A stretch of 63,965 nucleotides of DNA, filler included, from Cladosporium halotolerans (lineage: Eukaryota), in assembly GCF_011745625.1 (NCBI RefSeq). It is 4 parts of 4 records of this genome, joined end to end, with 100 filler letters (N's around TTAATTAATTAA, not from the genome) between each part and the next. Parts side by side here need not be neighbours in the genome. Positions count along the whole stretch, not along the records: positions 19,305 to 37,877 come from NW_027191551.1; positions 37,978 to 56,429 come from NW_027191552.1; 2 more parts are not named here. One strand, written 5' to 3'. The notes below the pieces were generated by a model that made no database searches, had not been told where the DNA came from, and was given only the letters and a program-made list of their open reading frames with translations. The position numbers and the translations under genes were made by a program. Positions 36,767 to 49,382 of the stretch are shown here, in pieces; positions within the stretch are counted from its first letter, which is position 1; each line of letters starts with the position of its first letter.

Positions 36767-37877
36767 TATCCAAGCTCTCTGAGCCTGACCTCCAGAGTTT
36801 GTACGGATGTGTGAGCGACCACTCACTCACGGCTGAGGAGCCTGATCTCGACACTTCTCACCGCGATATCCCTCAGCTTAACATTGTACTTCAAGTCGTG
36901 GGCTCACGAGGGGATGTCCAACCATTTGCGGCGCTTGCCCTTGAGCTCACAAGGTTTGGACACCGAGTGCGTCTCGCAACCCATCCTGTGTTTCGAGACC
37001 TCGTGCAGGATCTGGACATCGAGTTCTTCAATATTGGGGGCGATCCCGCCAAGTTGATGGCATACATGGTCAAAAACCCAGCAATCATTCCCGAAATCAA
37101 GTCGATACGAGCAGGCGAAGCTGAAAAACAAACGCAAGCCATCTCTCAGATGCTCACTGGCTGTTGGCAGTCTTGTTTCAGGCGGTGCGACTGTGTCGTA
37201 AATTCCAACAAGGATACCTGTCAAGACCCATCGTGCGAGGAGAAAAGACATCCATTCATTGCCGATGTAATAGTTGCGAACCCACCATCATTCGCTCATA
37301 TTCACTGTGCGGGGAAATTGGGCATACCTCTGCATATTATGTTCACGTAAGTGAGCCAACAGTCCTTGGTAGCTCGCAACACTAACAACTCCGTCATCCA
37401 GTATGCCTTGATCTCCGACGCGCGCGTTTCCGCACCCACTTGTGAGCCTCCGCCGCAGCAAGACAGAAGCTGGCCTGTCGAACTATCTCTCATACGCCTT
37501 TTTCGAATGGGCCACCTGGCAAGGACTCGGTGGGGCAATCAATAAGTTTAGATCAAGGCAACTTGGTCTGGAACGCCTCAATACTGCATCTGCTATCACA
37601 ATGGTCCGTCGTGCGGGGATTCCCCATACTTATTGCTGGTAAGTGACGTAATCGTTACTTTTTTAGTCAACCTATCTACTAACAGATGCACAGGTCAAAG
37701 ACTTTGATCCAAAAACCGGCCGACTGGGCGTCGAATACATCCGTGGCAGGATTTTTCCGGCTACCGCGGGGTTTGGACTAGAAGATTTGGACAGTCCGTG
37801 CACACGGACAGTCAATGCACGCATTCCGCATTGTATCCAATGCAGGATATTTACTGTTCACGCTGCCAATTCGGCTC

Positions 37878-37977
37878 NNNNNNNNNNNNNNNNNNNNNNN
37901 NNNNNNNNNNNNNNNNNNNNNTTAATTAATTAANNNNNNNNNNNNNNNNNNNNNNNNNNNNNNNNNNNNNNNNNNNN
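37878..37977. other. artificial contig-joining spacer
   Basis: N44-TTAATTAATTAA-N44. Confidence 0.97.
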
Positions 37978-38147
37978 CTGGAATTGATCACATTCAATTC
38001 CAAGAAAAATACAATGTCTGCAGACAGTCTGCAGACAACAAGTAATTGTCTGGTCTGCTTATATAATGACTTTGCCGATGTCTGTTTGTCTGATTACGTG
38101 ATCAGACAGACAGACAGTCTGTCTGTGTCTGTCTGATGAACACCCTG
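37978..38147 (-). mobile_element. 5' end of a hAT element (CAGGGTGTTCATCA TIR, CAGAC-type subterminal repeats)
   Basis: Reverse complement reads CAGGGTGTTCATCAGACAGACAC... and aligns with the left end of the element at 51744; the flank is an intron 3' end (CTAAC branch point). Confidence 0.82.
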
Positions 38148-38163
38148 CCTAACATGATCGAAG

Positions 38164-38510
38164 GCAACTTTCTCATCGGCTTTCTTACTCCCTTTGCGGA
38201 CTCTGGCATCAGCTATGGTTTCGGCTTTGTCTTTTTCGGCACAAATTTGGCCGCTGGAATCATGGTCTATTTCTTGCTGTACGAGACCAAGTCGCTTGCT
38301 CTCGAGCAGGTAGACGTCATGTACAGCCAGAAGAATCTGAAGCCGTGGCACAGCAGTGAGTGGATGCCGGCGGGTTATATTGACCGAAACAAACGCGTCC
38401 CGGAGACCTTCGAGCGTCGATGCTCGCCTATCGGTCAATCCATGGGTTTACAAAACATGCGCAAGAGTAGAGAAGGATCCGAATCGCCGCCTCCATATTT
38501 GCAGGCCTAA
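38164..38510 (+). CDS. last exon of an MFS hexose/sugar transporter (upstream part not in this contig)
   Basis: NFLIGFLTPF...YGFGFVF...VYFLLYETKSLALEQVDVMY...KPW.S..W.P; preceded by CTAAC...AG acceptor. Confidence 0.8.
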
Positions 38511-39184
38511 GCACAGGGACTTGAGGTATTTCAACAAACGAACAGAATAACATCACTCATGGGAAGTGTATCAGATAGGGAGGCGGATCTCTTCAGGGTG
38601 TTTATCTTGTGTTTTCTTTCTTTTTATACACGACATACCTACTCTAGTCCATCTTTTGCCTTCTCAGTCTAAAAATACCTCTAAGACGATTTTCTCTTAT
38701 CTTCATCTTCATAGGTGAGCTGGCTATTCAAGCGAGCTGGCCAACCCACCAAGATCCATCGAAAATCTTACATTAGAACGCAACCGAAACATTTCGGACG
38801 CATCGAACAAAACGTAAACCATCATCAAGACCAAACCACCGAGCCAGCCACTTTTCCTAGCCAATATTATCCGGATAATACTATATACTGATGTCGGAAA
38901 GCGGTATAGCGTGGCATGGCACGTGCCACTTTGGAATATGATTATGAGGTAGGATTATGGGATACTGTAGCGCACTGCAGCAAACTGCATATGTGTCGCA
39001 CGGCGCCGAAATTATGTACAAACTGTTCTTGAAGCCAATGTTAGTTTTCTAAATCGCCAATGAGCGCTTATTCACGTGCTCTGCAATTTTGTTCGAGTAT
39101 CGTGGTAAGGGCCACCGTAAGGCTCTGCAAAGCAGCGATCAGCCGAATTTCTTCGCGCAAATCAGACCGAAGCGGTAGTCCGAA

Positions 39185-40458
39185 ATGGCTACAGCGCGTA
39201 ACGTCGAAGCTAATGACTGTCGAATGCTCGAGACGGGCACAAAATTAACCCTGGACAATTTACACAAGGTTCTAGAGCGGCACGAAGTATACAGCGCCTT
39301 GATTTGTAGCTACCATGGCTATGCGATCCGGAATTTACATGACCACTTGCGACGGTTCACCCTGGCACTACAAGAGAGAAGAATGCGGTCGTGGAGGAAT
39401 GTAAGCCATAAAAACTACTCAGACCAGCCGAGGTTCCATTCCCACCGCCATTAGAAGAGCCAATCGCCACGCTTGGAACACCGGTCAAAACGTTCATCTG
39501 CGAGGAGCCGGAATGCGAATACATCAGTATCAATTGTAACGGTATTCGTATCCATTGTAACAGAGCGCTTGGCTTGAGATCTTCAGCAGAAGAGCGGGAA
39601 CACTGGCATTCGGTCTGGGCGCAGACGTTCTTCAAGTCAGCTGGGCTACAACGGTACTTCACCGTTCAACATGACGATAACGAGAATAACACCGCTAGCG
39701 GAACAATTGGCAGCGCAATCCAGAGAGGTAACACGGCAGAAGAATCCGGCAGTCGGCAGGCATAGCCGAATATCGCAGACTTGACGGATGTTCTGGAAGA
39801 CTGGGACATAGCAGTCAGCAAACACCAAGAAACGTTGGAGGTCGCCGACGCCGAGATCGCGAAAACTGACCTCACGCTGTGGTTCAGAAGAACAGGTTGG
39901 GCAGAGCATCTGTCTGGTAGCCATCTCAAACATTTAAGCCAAGCCAGTCGGCTGCCAGATCGAAGAGAAAGAATGCTCCAGAAGGTGGCGGAGTTGGACA
40001 GCAGTCTCATCGAATGATGCGTTAGCGGGCTGTCGACTCTGGATCATGGAGTTCGACGACGGCTTCGGAGTGCGAAGCAGGCGGAGGCGGATGTGAGGCC
40101 GCTAGCAATGCTCCAGAACAGTGGTAGCCAGCAGAGATACGCAGTGTACATGGCGAGGCTGCTCTGCTACTGTCTTAGGGTGTTGCCGGATGGCGAGAAT
40201 GCGGCAGCTAGCGTTGACGCCCACCCAGATGCGGAGCGTAGCGACGACATCAGCTCCGAAAGTGGTATAGAGTACAACGGTGAAGGAAGCGACGATGGAA
40301 ACGACATCGTCGAAGCCAGACCCGACGCCACATTCCAAGCCGTCGTCAACGACCTCAAAGATGCTCGTAGGTTATATCCGTGGCGAGGCAGGCAGAAAGA
40401 GCTGGCGGTCAGACTGAGACAGGCCGTACAGGATTGCTGGGAGATCGTTGAGGGATAA
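39185..40458 (+). pseudogene. DUF3505 (OrsD-like) N-terminal region of the telomere-linked RecQ-helicase-like family, degenerate and truncated
   Basis: LICSYHGYAI..L.DHL, C...EC.Y....IRIHC, W.SVWAQTFF...RYFTV, WFRRTGWAEHL, LRSAK...RPL..LQ...SQ.RY; frameshift near 39360, stops at 39763 and 40015. Confidence 0.68.
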
Positions 40459-41766
40459 TGCCTGTTCGCCATTATTCGAATGACCCAGCAGCACACCCGC
40501 AAGGCCTATCGCATTAAACCCCGCGGAGAAGCCCGCTTAAGTCCTTCCAGAGTATGTATAAGGATTGCCAGATCACATGCGAGCTTTGCACACGTCCTGT
40601 GCTCGCCTTCATCCTACGCAATGAGACATGCTCGGCCTTGGCGAGACTTCACAAGGGCACGCGAGACGGCTTCGGCTGCGTGACGTAGCACGCAATGACG
40701 GCGACTCTTGACACCGTTTTTTGTTTGGATTGAGGTTGGATTGATCATGTGGCTAAATATTCGCCCTTGTCCCTTGTTTGCCCAAGCAAACAAGGCTAGC
40801 AAAGAGGTTTTTGCTGCGTTGTTTTTGGACCAGTCTTTTTTTACAAGGGGCTTCTTGGAAGGAAGGAACCAGAGTAGTGGGAAAAGAAAACGTTAAAGGC
40901 GTGATGATCAACAGCGAAGAAACCAATGTCTGAGGGTTTTCGCCTCCCCTGAGAAAGCTGTGACAGCAAGCAGTTTGCAGGAGAGGAGAAAAATGAAAAA
41001 CAAAACCGAATCCCAGACCGACATCAACAACTTCAGCTTAGAGTAAGGCGTGAGATAAAAGGCAAGCGTCTGAAAACAGTAGAGTAAGCTCAATAAAACG
41101 ACTCATTCGAATTCCCTCCAGTTGTTCGAAGATAGTCTCAATCATGCAACTCAGCGTCAGTAAGTGCGTGGTGGTCTGGCAAAATCTGTATAAGAATGTA
41201 ATCAAAATTGCTGTGGCTTCAAAGCGTGTATCTGGAGTCTGAGAGGCGGTCGCTAGCGGCGTAACAAACTGTTCTTGCAGAGACAATTCCTCAATCCTTC
41301 GCAGAACCGTAGCAAGCATCAACGTCGGATCTGCCAGTATCTGACAGCAGGCTGGGTTACATGACATTGCCTTTGATACTGCTAAGGCTCGCGACCCGGC
41401 ATAGGCGAGTGGCGGGAAATGTATGACGACACTGATGCTGGTTTCAGCGATTGGGCGTCTCAAGCTGAAGCCTAAGAGGTCATGCTGGGAATGCTGCCTC
41501 TGACACTGCAGAGCGTACCGGATTTAGGGTAGCCGGTACGATTTCAGGCTCGGAGGGCTATTGCTCGGTCAGTTGTAGGTTTGGCGTTTGTTGCCAAATC
41601 CAAACCCATCAATGGACTGAGGTTTCACGCCTTATCGCAGGACACCCGCGGTCCCGACCGAATTGCTGAATCCCCAAACGAGGGCCTGCAGCTGCTCAAG
41701 GAAGCGATCGATGTCTTGAAGTTTACCCTCAAAGCAGGCGTTGGGCAGAGGGAGGAAGTGGCCGCG

Positions 41767-42886
41767 CTAACCCATAGGGCCAAGCGCGTTGGCACCAATT
41801 TTATTGCCGCCGCCAGCACCGCCGCTGGCGCCGTTTACGTTGCTGCCACTGTTTGAAAACGCATGGTTCACGCTAGCCGTATTCAAGCTACCGTTCGAGT
41901 TTGATTGGTTGTTGTAGCCGGTGTTGTATCTGTTACTTGACGCAACGGGGAGAGGCAGAGTGTTGCTCTGCAGCTCTCGGCCAATGTCGTAGTATGTGCT
42001 CGAGTCAATGGCACGGCGCTTGATATAAGCGAGGAAGTCATCAAGGGCTTCAATAGCGCGACGGCAGGTGTCCATGCTTTGGATGTTGTGAACGTGATCA
42101 TTTGGGGTAAAAGCGGAACCGTAGCCATTGTACTGTGCCCCATTTGGCTGGTAACCTAGGTATGGGTTAATTTGATCGTTAAAACCATGGTAGGAAGACG
42201 GTGTGAGCCGCGCAGCCAAGTAAGCGTGTGGGTCAGAGGGCGAGTGCGACGGATAGTGATGCTCCCCTTCCTGTGGACCGAGGCCTCCATTGGCACCATC
42301 AGTGCGCGCGATTGCGCCAGGCTCGAGTAAGTCCATCAAGGTGCTCCTGTCGGCGTGAGTCTTCACATGCTTCTTGAGGTCCTGAGGTCGCTTGAATGCC
42401 CTGCCACAGAAGACACACTTGTGCGGCTTCAACGGCACGTGAATGCGGATGTGCGAGGTCATGTGGTCACGCTTGACGGTTGATGTACGGCAAACGCCCC
42501 ATTGGCAGGTGAGGTTGAGGTTGTTTGTGCTCTTGCGGCCGATATGACGTTCGCAGACGTGATTCTGGGAGGGTATTAGCGGCCGATGTTGCAGTGAGTC
42601 ATGCTTTTGAAATAAGGAACGACTGCCGACACGGTGCCGGCAACGACCCGTGTCCGAGTGTTTTAACTTGACGACTTACGTAGAGGGCATGAGCGCTGTC
42701 GCACCGCTCGTCGCATCCCTGCCACCGGCAGGTCAGCTCGTCAATCGTCGAACTCTGCGTGTTCTGCACCGGCCGCACGGGGGGCGAGGGCTGGCTGACG
42801 AGCTGCTGCACCTGCTTAGCAGAAGCTTGCCGCTTTTGTGGTACAACTGCAACATCTTCGGCGACGGTCTCCTCCAAGTTTCTCAT
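41767..42886 (-). CDS. pacC: PacC/Rim101 pH-response C2H2 transcription factor, C-terminally truncated (about 334 aa)
   Basis: Three zinc fingers TCRWQGC...[21 protein letters not shown]...[40 protein letters not shown]; intron 42679-42565; TAG at 41769-41767 with PacC-like LQDIDRFLEQLQA continuing in frame beyond it. Confidence 0.88.
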
Positions 42887-44482
42887 GATGTCGCGCTGAG
42901 GAGGTATTTTCAAGACGATGCCAAAAGCGTCTTGGCGGCAATAGAACTTTCTCGGGTCGAGGCTCAGCTTGCTGAGCCAAAGAGAGAGAGCTGTCGACGC
43001 TGGAAAACAGCGCAAAGCACGTACAGAGTCAGGCCGTGACGCGTAGTGCTGTACGAGGAGATGGTTTGCAGGCACGGGAGTAGGGCGAGTGTGAAGCAAC
43101 GGGATGATAGGTGTAAGCGTGACGGGCGGAAGAGGGGAACAGGTATATGAGAGCACGCGCACATTCCAAGGCAAACCAGCAGTAAGACAGCGGCTGCGGT
43201 AAACTCCCAGAAGCTACGGCCGATTTGGACTTATACTGCCCTGTTCGTTATGTATGCATGACGAACGATGAAAGGCCGCAGATGATCGCCACCCATCCGG
43301 ACGCCGGGCCAGCTTGGCAGGTATTAGCTAGTGATCACCAGGCTTACTCTCGTTGGCCTGGCTGAGACCGCGTGCGAAACGCCAAGCCCCAATGCGCGCT
43401 GCGAGTTTTGCTTGTACATGGTGACGCATGCCGTCTTCGTGCTGTGAATTGGGTTCTATTGGTCGCGATCATACCGAATCGGGCACACAAGAGGTGTACT
43501 TGATGATTAACCCTGCCGCATCACTTGAATGCAACCGGAATGTATGCCATCTGCCATCACCGAAACCAAGTTTCCAGTCCGGAGAAGGATCTTCAACTTA
43601 AGACTTTTTGGGACCCAAAAGGCCATGACTGACAGTAGGAAAAGGAGCGGTCCTTGGAGCTTTTGCGAGTTTTACCACGTCTTCTGTCTACTTGTAGGGA
43701 TCCTGGTCTAAAATGTCCTCAGTCGTCATTTTCGAATTGTGCAGCACAGCAAGATGGCCGGTGTTCTGATGACCAGACTTCCGATGATCAGGGCCAGCGA
43801 GGTTCAGCAGACTCGGGAGGACGACGCCGGCTTGGACGGCTTGCCCTCTGCCGCTCAAAGTATAGCTTCGCATGCGTCCCAACCTTTGAAGATGCTGTCC
43901 GATAACATTGAGCCCTTTCGAGAACAATGCTGACGCAGAATGATCCGTAGTTGGAGCTACCACTGTATTGAACAACTGACGCTTTTGCTTCGGCCGCATG
44001 CCTTTGAGTCCGCCACTCGAAGGAGCTTTCAATTGGCCGGCGAAAAGCCCTAGAGTCGGGCTTGGAAGGGCGCTCGGGCCAGATAGTGGGAAGCTTATCC
44101 CAAGCGATTTGGTCCTGAAAACCCTGCGCGAATGACGAACTTGTGGTCTGAAGTCTGTCGAGCACGCGGCTTGCCAGCCCGTTGCCTGCTCTTCATCTGT
44201 GCCGCGCTAGAAGCTACCTACAGCTCGACAGCTCCACACCGCATGCTCACCCATCGATTGGTCAGGAGCGAGCCGAATCACTGCTTTGCACCAAGCCGAG
44301 CGGCCAGACGCCACGTAACGCCCCGAGGTCATCAAGACACTGCCCGCTCAATTAAAACTATTCTTCACAAGAGCGTCCCACGAAGAGAAGCCAAATAGCA
44401 AGCAAACACGGCGGTTGTCTCTGCGCCGTCTCCATTCGCCACCAACGCCTGTGGGGGCACAGGTCGCAGCAGCACCGCTAAG

Positions 44483-45829
44483 ATGAGTGCCAGCAGCAAC
44501 GTGGTAGGATTGCACTACCGGGTGGGCAAAAAGATCGGCGAGGGCAGCTTCGGCGCAATCTTCGAGGGCACAAACTTATTCAATAATACGCCAGTCTCCA
44601 TGAAGTTCGAGCCGCGCAAGAGCAATGCCACACAACTTCGTGACGAGTACCGTTCCTACAAGATCCTCGCGGGGAGCCGTGAGTACCTTACTGATCAAAT
44701 CACGTGACCCGTGGCGAGCTAACATGAAGTGAACGTTATGCAGCCGGTCTACCGAACTTATACTACTTCGGCCAGGAAGGCCTGCACAATGTGTTGGTCA
44801 TTGACCTGCTTGGCCCCAGCCTAGAAGAGCTCTTTGACCGTTGCGACCGCCGCTTCTCTATTAAGACCGTCGTCATGGTCGCCAAGCAGATGCTGTCGCG
44901 TGTTCAGACCATTCACGAGAAGAATCTGATCTACCGCGACATCAAGCCTGACAACTTCGTCATCGGCCGCCCCGACACGAAGTCGCAGAACGCTATCCAC
45001 GTTGTTGACTTTGGTATGGCGAAGCACTACCGTGATCCCAAGTCGAAACAGCATTTTCCTTACCGAGAGCGGAAGTCGTTGAGCGGAACGGCGCGTTACA
45101 TGAGTGTCAACACTCATTTCGGCCAAGAGCAGTCGCGACGAGATGATCTGGAGGCGCTAGGCCACGTGTTCATGTACTTTCTACGAGGTGGTCTGCCCTG
45201 GCAAGGCTTGAAGGCGGCGAATAACAAGCAGAAATACTAAAGCATTGGCGAGAAGAAGCAGACGACCGCTATTAAGGATATATGCGATGCCTTCTCAGAA
45301 GAGTTTAGCCAGTACCTATGGTACGTACGGGTCCTAGGCTTTGAAGACACGCCTGATTACGACTACTTGCGTGGCCTCTTGACGAAAAGCCTTCAAACCA
45401 GAAGACGGCGAGTACGACTGGACGAAACACAACAGCGGCAAACGCTTGGACATACCGCAATGCGCATCGCAATCACAATTGCACCATAAGGGCGTCAACC
45501 CTTCCGCAGGAGACCTCAAAGCAGGCGCCGGCGCCGGCCAACGAGCATCACGCGCATCCATTGCCCAAGACCGATTCAACGCTATCCTACCCAGACTAGT
45601 GGCTACCCGAGCAAGCGATTCCAGACTATCTCGGGAGCAACCTGGAACAAGCCACAACAGGGCGGACTTGGTCAAGCGCAGGAGTAACGGCACGCAACTC
45701 GAAGCGTCCGCGAACAGCATTACCGTGCCGCATCCCTCCATTTCAAACCTCGCTGGAGGGCTGAGCCAACCGCAATTTCCGAGTCAACGGCAGGACTCGG
45801 GTGATGTCGCGCGGCAGCAACGACAAGTA

Positions 45830-45860
<31 letters not shown>

Positions 45861-45928
45861 CGCCGGAGCCCAAGGAGACGGAATGCTCTATAGAGCAGCT
45901 GATGCTGAAGGTGCTGTGCTGCGGATAG
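44483..45928 (+). pseudogene. casein kinase I, Yck/CK1-gamma type
   Basis: SSNVVGLHYRVGKKIGEGSFG, intron 44679-44743, [39 protein letters not shown]; premature TAA at 45238-45240, frameshift near 45385; C-terminal LCCG palmitoylation motif. Confidence 0.9.
45836..45859 (+). repeat. (CAG)8 poly-Gln tract
   Basis: Eight perfect CAG units in the CK1 tail. Confidence 0.9.
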
Positions 45929-47069
45929 GATCCTCTGGGCTAGCATAATGACAAAGATACGGGTTGGTCGTGTCATCCTTCGACCTTGCACCGTTTCCAT
46001 GCTCGTGAATCATCATTTCATGTGGACGGCTGAACTCTTTTCTCCAGAGTCCATGACGGGTGAAAGGTGTAGGAGTTGAGGCGGTTTGGCTGGTAGAGGC
46101 GTGCCTCTTATGACTCATCGAATACGCGGCGCTGCTAATCTTGAGCTCCACGACTTGTCACGGCCAGGAAGCTTCGATGATGCATGCCTGTTGCCTGCTG
46201 CATGTGGCATTGAAGCGCTCCTACTCAGATATGCTTCTCCAGAACGCTAGACGCTCCTGCAGGTCACTCATTCGGCCGCATTGTGCCCTTCTGGGATGCA
46301 TCGCCCACCACCACGAAAGCCCTTCCAGCACTGCAGAAGCTTTCGATCACGATTACAAATCATGCGGTATTTTCCGCTCAAGCAGACTTTCAGAGCACAG
46401 AGCCATGCACCTCACTGAATGCTCCTTGCACTGCAAATTGCACAAGCGATAACATCCTTCCCCATTGCAAGGTCTCGTGTATCTTCTCGACTGGCAGGTC
46501 GATGGCCTACTCTGGCGACTTGTAGGAGGCCTACCGAAATGGTTCTTCGGCAGCAGCCTGTACGTATGGGCCGGGTAGGACAGTGTTCGTGCCACTACTG
46601 CCTCGGGGCCCTTGCTGAGTGTCTCCAGTAGGAATATAGGCCTGTAGGGGTTTCTGTTTGAAATTGTCGCTTATGCGGCTTGTGCAAGAGGACGAACTTG
46701 GCCGTGCGCCACCTGTGGGGAACGTACTTTCAGGTCAAGCGACGCCTTATCAGGCGCTACGATCACCTTGCCAGGCACCGGCCACAGTTTGGGCAGAGAC
46801 AACTGTGATCCTGCAGTCCGGGTGCTTGTCTAGGCCTCAACTGGGTTATCGCCGTCTTCACTTCCTCCAACGTCAGTTTCGGCAGTTTTATCTTCAGTAG
46901 TGCCCTCCGATACTCCACAAGTTTTCGGATTCCCCAGATTATCTTAGCTCTCCCCTATTCTGATCCAGGAATGAGACCTAAATTAGTAGAGGCCGCAACG
47001 CAATCTTTCGACAGTTGGTTGAATGCTGATCGAAATCTTGCAACCATTCACTGCGGATAAGGACGAGCA

Positions 47070-48300
47070 GAAACGTCATCCTTGAAGTGATAGCACCCTG
47101 CTGCCATCTTGCACCTCTTTGCTAGCTTTTTGTAGGCCGCTCTACACACCTCTGCTTTCACTGTCTCATCAAGAATTTCCTTTGCCAGGTATGCTTGAGG
47201 AAATCCTTTGCCCTTTGCACAGTCGAAGCCCGCGCATGTCTTACTTCGTTGATAAAGCTTGCAAGCTTTCTTTCAAGCTCACCTTGAAGGCCCTCAATTG
47301 GTGCTAGATTTGGTGAATTGCCAGGACGGTTCACAAAAACAATGCCTTGCTTTTAGAAATCATGCTGTGGAAGCCGGCGAGCCATGAGATGAGGTCCTTG
47401 GTCGTCTTCCTATATAACCATCCTCCTGCATGGATTCTGTCAACCAGATCTCACGTTAGCAGGGGAAAGGAAGCTTCCTGTACACCTCGAATGCATAACA
47501 CACAATATTGAGCTTCTTAGTCCCTTGTTCGGGGGCGCGATGATGATAGGGGAAGAGGCACTCTGAAATGCAGGCTTTTGGGCCACCATTTTCGTCAGCA
47601 TTGGCACGCATGCAAAGGCGTCGGATCTTGGCCTGCGTGTTCGTCCAAGTGAGATAATGATGCTCGGGCGTGCCGTAGATCCTTGCATTTGCACGCTGCT
47701 CTTGGTTGATCTGTTCTCGCCTGTGCATTGCATTCATCAGGTTGACGCTGCGATCCCTCCGAAGTCTGATCTTTGAGCTCTCAGACAGTCCAAGGCCTCT
47801 TCACTGCGCAGCAATCGCCACAGGCAGCAGCTCACTGCTCGAGCTTGAACCGCGTTGCGGCGCAGCGTTGGTACGAGCTGGTGTTGATGGGTAGGGTGAT
47901 ATGTTGGTTGGGAATACCGCAGAAGTGGTAGGCCTTCCCGTAGCAGCAGATGATAGTTGCCGCCGCTTCAACCTCAAATAGACACGCCTGACGCTTTGAG
48001 AAGTTCGTAGCACTAAGTTCGTTACGTCTATATGCGCGGTGAGATGTAAGGGCTCTTTGTTCGTCTGGATTTGCTCTGCATTGCGTTTTGTCTTGCAAGA
48101 TGTTATAGACCTGCTGGGTGCCGAGCGTCTGTATATGACAATATATATCGTCCAGTTTCTGGCGCCCCCTGAGATGACGGTTGGCTGGGTCGTGCATGGC
48201 ATGATAGGGATGTTCTTGAACACCCCTGCGGACAGTAAGGGATATCTCATCGGCGGGAGCGGCTCGTCTTGGTCTGCCGCTCCGTGCTAGAACAGTGATG
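47070..48300 (-). mobile_element. heavily degenerate Tc1/mariner transposase remnant (boundaries approximate)
   Basis: Minus-strand translation around 47420-47280 gives EDDQGPHLMARR...GIVFVNRPGNSPNLAPIE, resembling the ED...H...WPxNSPDLNPIE DDE motif; many stops. Confidence 0.6.
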
Positions 48301-49382
48301 GCCTCTTGTAGATCTGCTAGATCTGGGGTGGCGCTGAGCGTTCTGGCAGTTTGAATAAGGCCATTTACAGTCAGTCGATCTTTTCACATCCAGTCTCTGC
48401 ACGATCTGTTCTGTGGCATATTGAGGTCGAATGCGTATGCGATAACGCAATGGCGCTTTCAGAGAGGAGTTTCAAGACCTCTTCCCATCGTGTATTGAGA
48501 GCACCAGTACGGTGGTTGTGGTGTTGTGACGGCTCAGAATGCTTGAGGATCAAGCTTGCTCATATTGCAGTGACGGGTGGTTCCGATCCTTTGCCGAATT
48601 CGAAAACTTTGGGAGAAGCAGAGGGTAACTGCTTGCGCGCAGTCTTGGGAAGCGCCGTCGAGCCCGCGGACCACTTCGCCTAGAAAAAGCCAAGGAACTA
48701 GTTGTGGCGCCACCAGGAGAGATGCGTCATGAGCGTACCACTGCCTGCGCAGTCTATTCAGCCCATCTTCACCGCGCATGGGGTCGCTTGGCCGACGTGA
48801 TCGCTGTCGGCTCCAGCGCGGAGCCACCCACAACGCCTGCGTGCTTGATCATGTGGGGCGACGACAGGGTGTTGACATGACCCTGGGCAAGATGTCATTC
48901 GTTGTTCTAGCTTGTCGTCGGCGAGGGTTTCATCCCCGTGGAGGGGGCGGCGGCTTATGCCGAGCTCCCTTGAATTCAGATTTTAGCGTGTCTAGCGGCA
49001 TAGATCATCTTCCTCTGGGGCCTCATGTGAGCTCACTAACTGACGTTTGCCCGTTTCTGCTCCTCGCTCCGCTGCACCGCACTTGCTATTTCCCTTGATA
49101 AACTCAAGCATATTGTGGTCGTGTCGTGTATGCAATCTCCACCTAGGTCGCGATTATCCAGCACCACGAACGACACTCGGTTATTTTGTGGAGGTTGTTG
49201 AACGGCGCAACGCCAAACCGGTTGAGCAGAATCTAGCCGGTCTTGAGGATATGCTTGCTGCGCGTAGCCGTCCACCTTTTCTGCTATGTCCACTTCCTGA
49301 CCTGCACCCAGCTCTAGCAAGCTTCGCACACATACACACTTCACAGTAACCGTCGAACCAGGCGTGCGATCGCCTTAGCGCA

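Larger units (their letters stand above)
33470..37781 (+). pseudogene. sterol 3-beta-glucosyltransferase-like (GT1/GT28 N-terminal domain) interrupted by a hAT element and 3'-truncated
   Basis: DGKIDVD...ISK|LSEPD...LNIVLQVVGSRGDVQPF, GHRVRLATH, NPPSFAHIHCA, HTYCW|S.TLI.KPADW; introns at about 37347-37401 and 37639-37693; ends at TAG 37779-37781 before the C-terminal domain. Confidence 0.88.

Noticed and set aside
40480..41500. Stop-rich stretch between DUF3505 and pacC as a RIP-degraded gene
   Set aside because: No family could be assigned in any frame.
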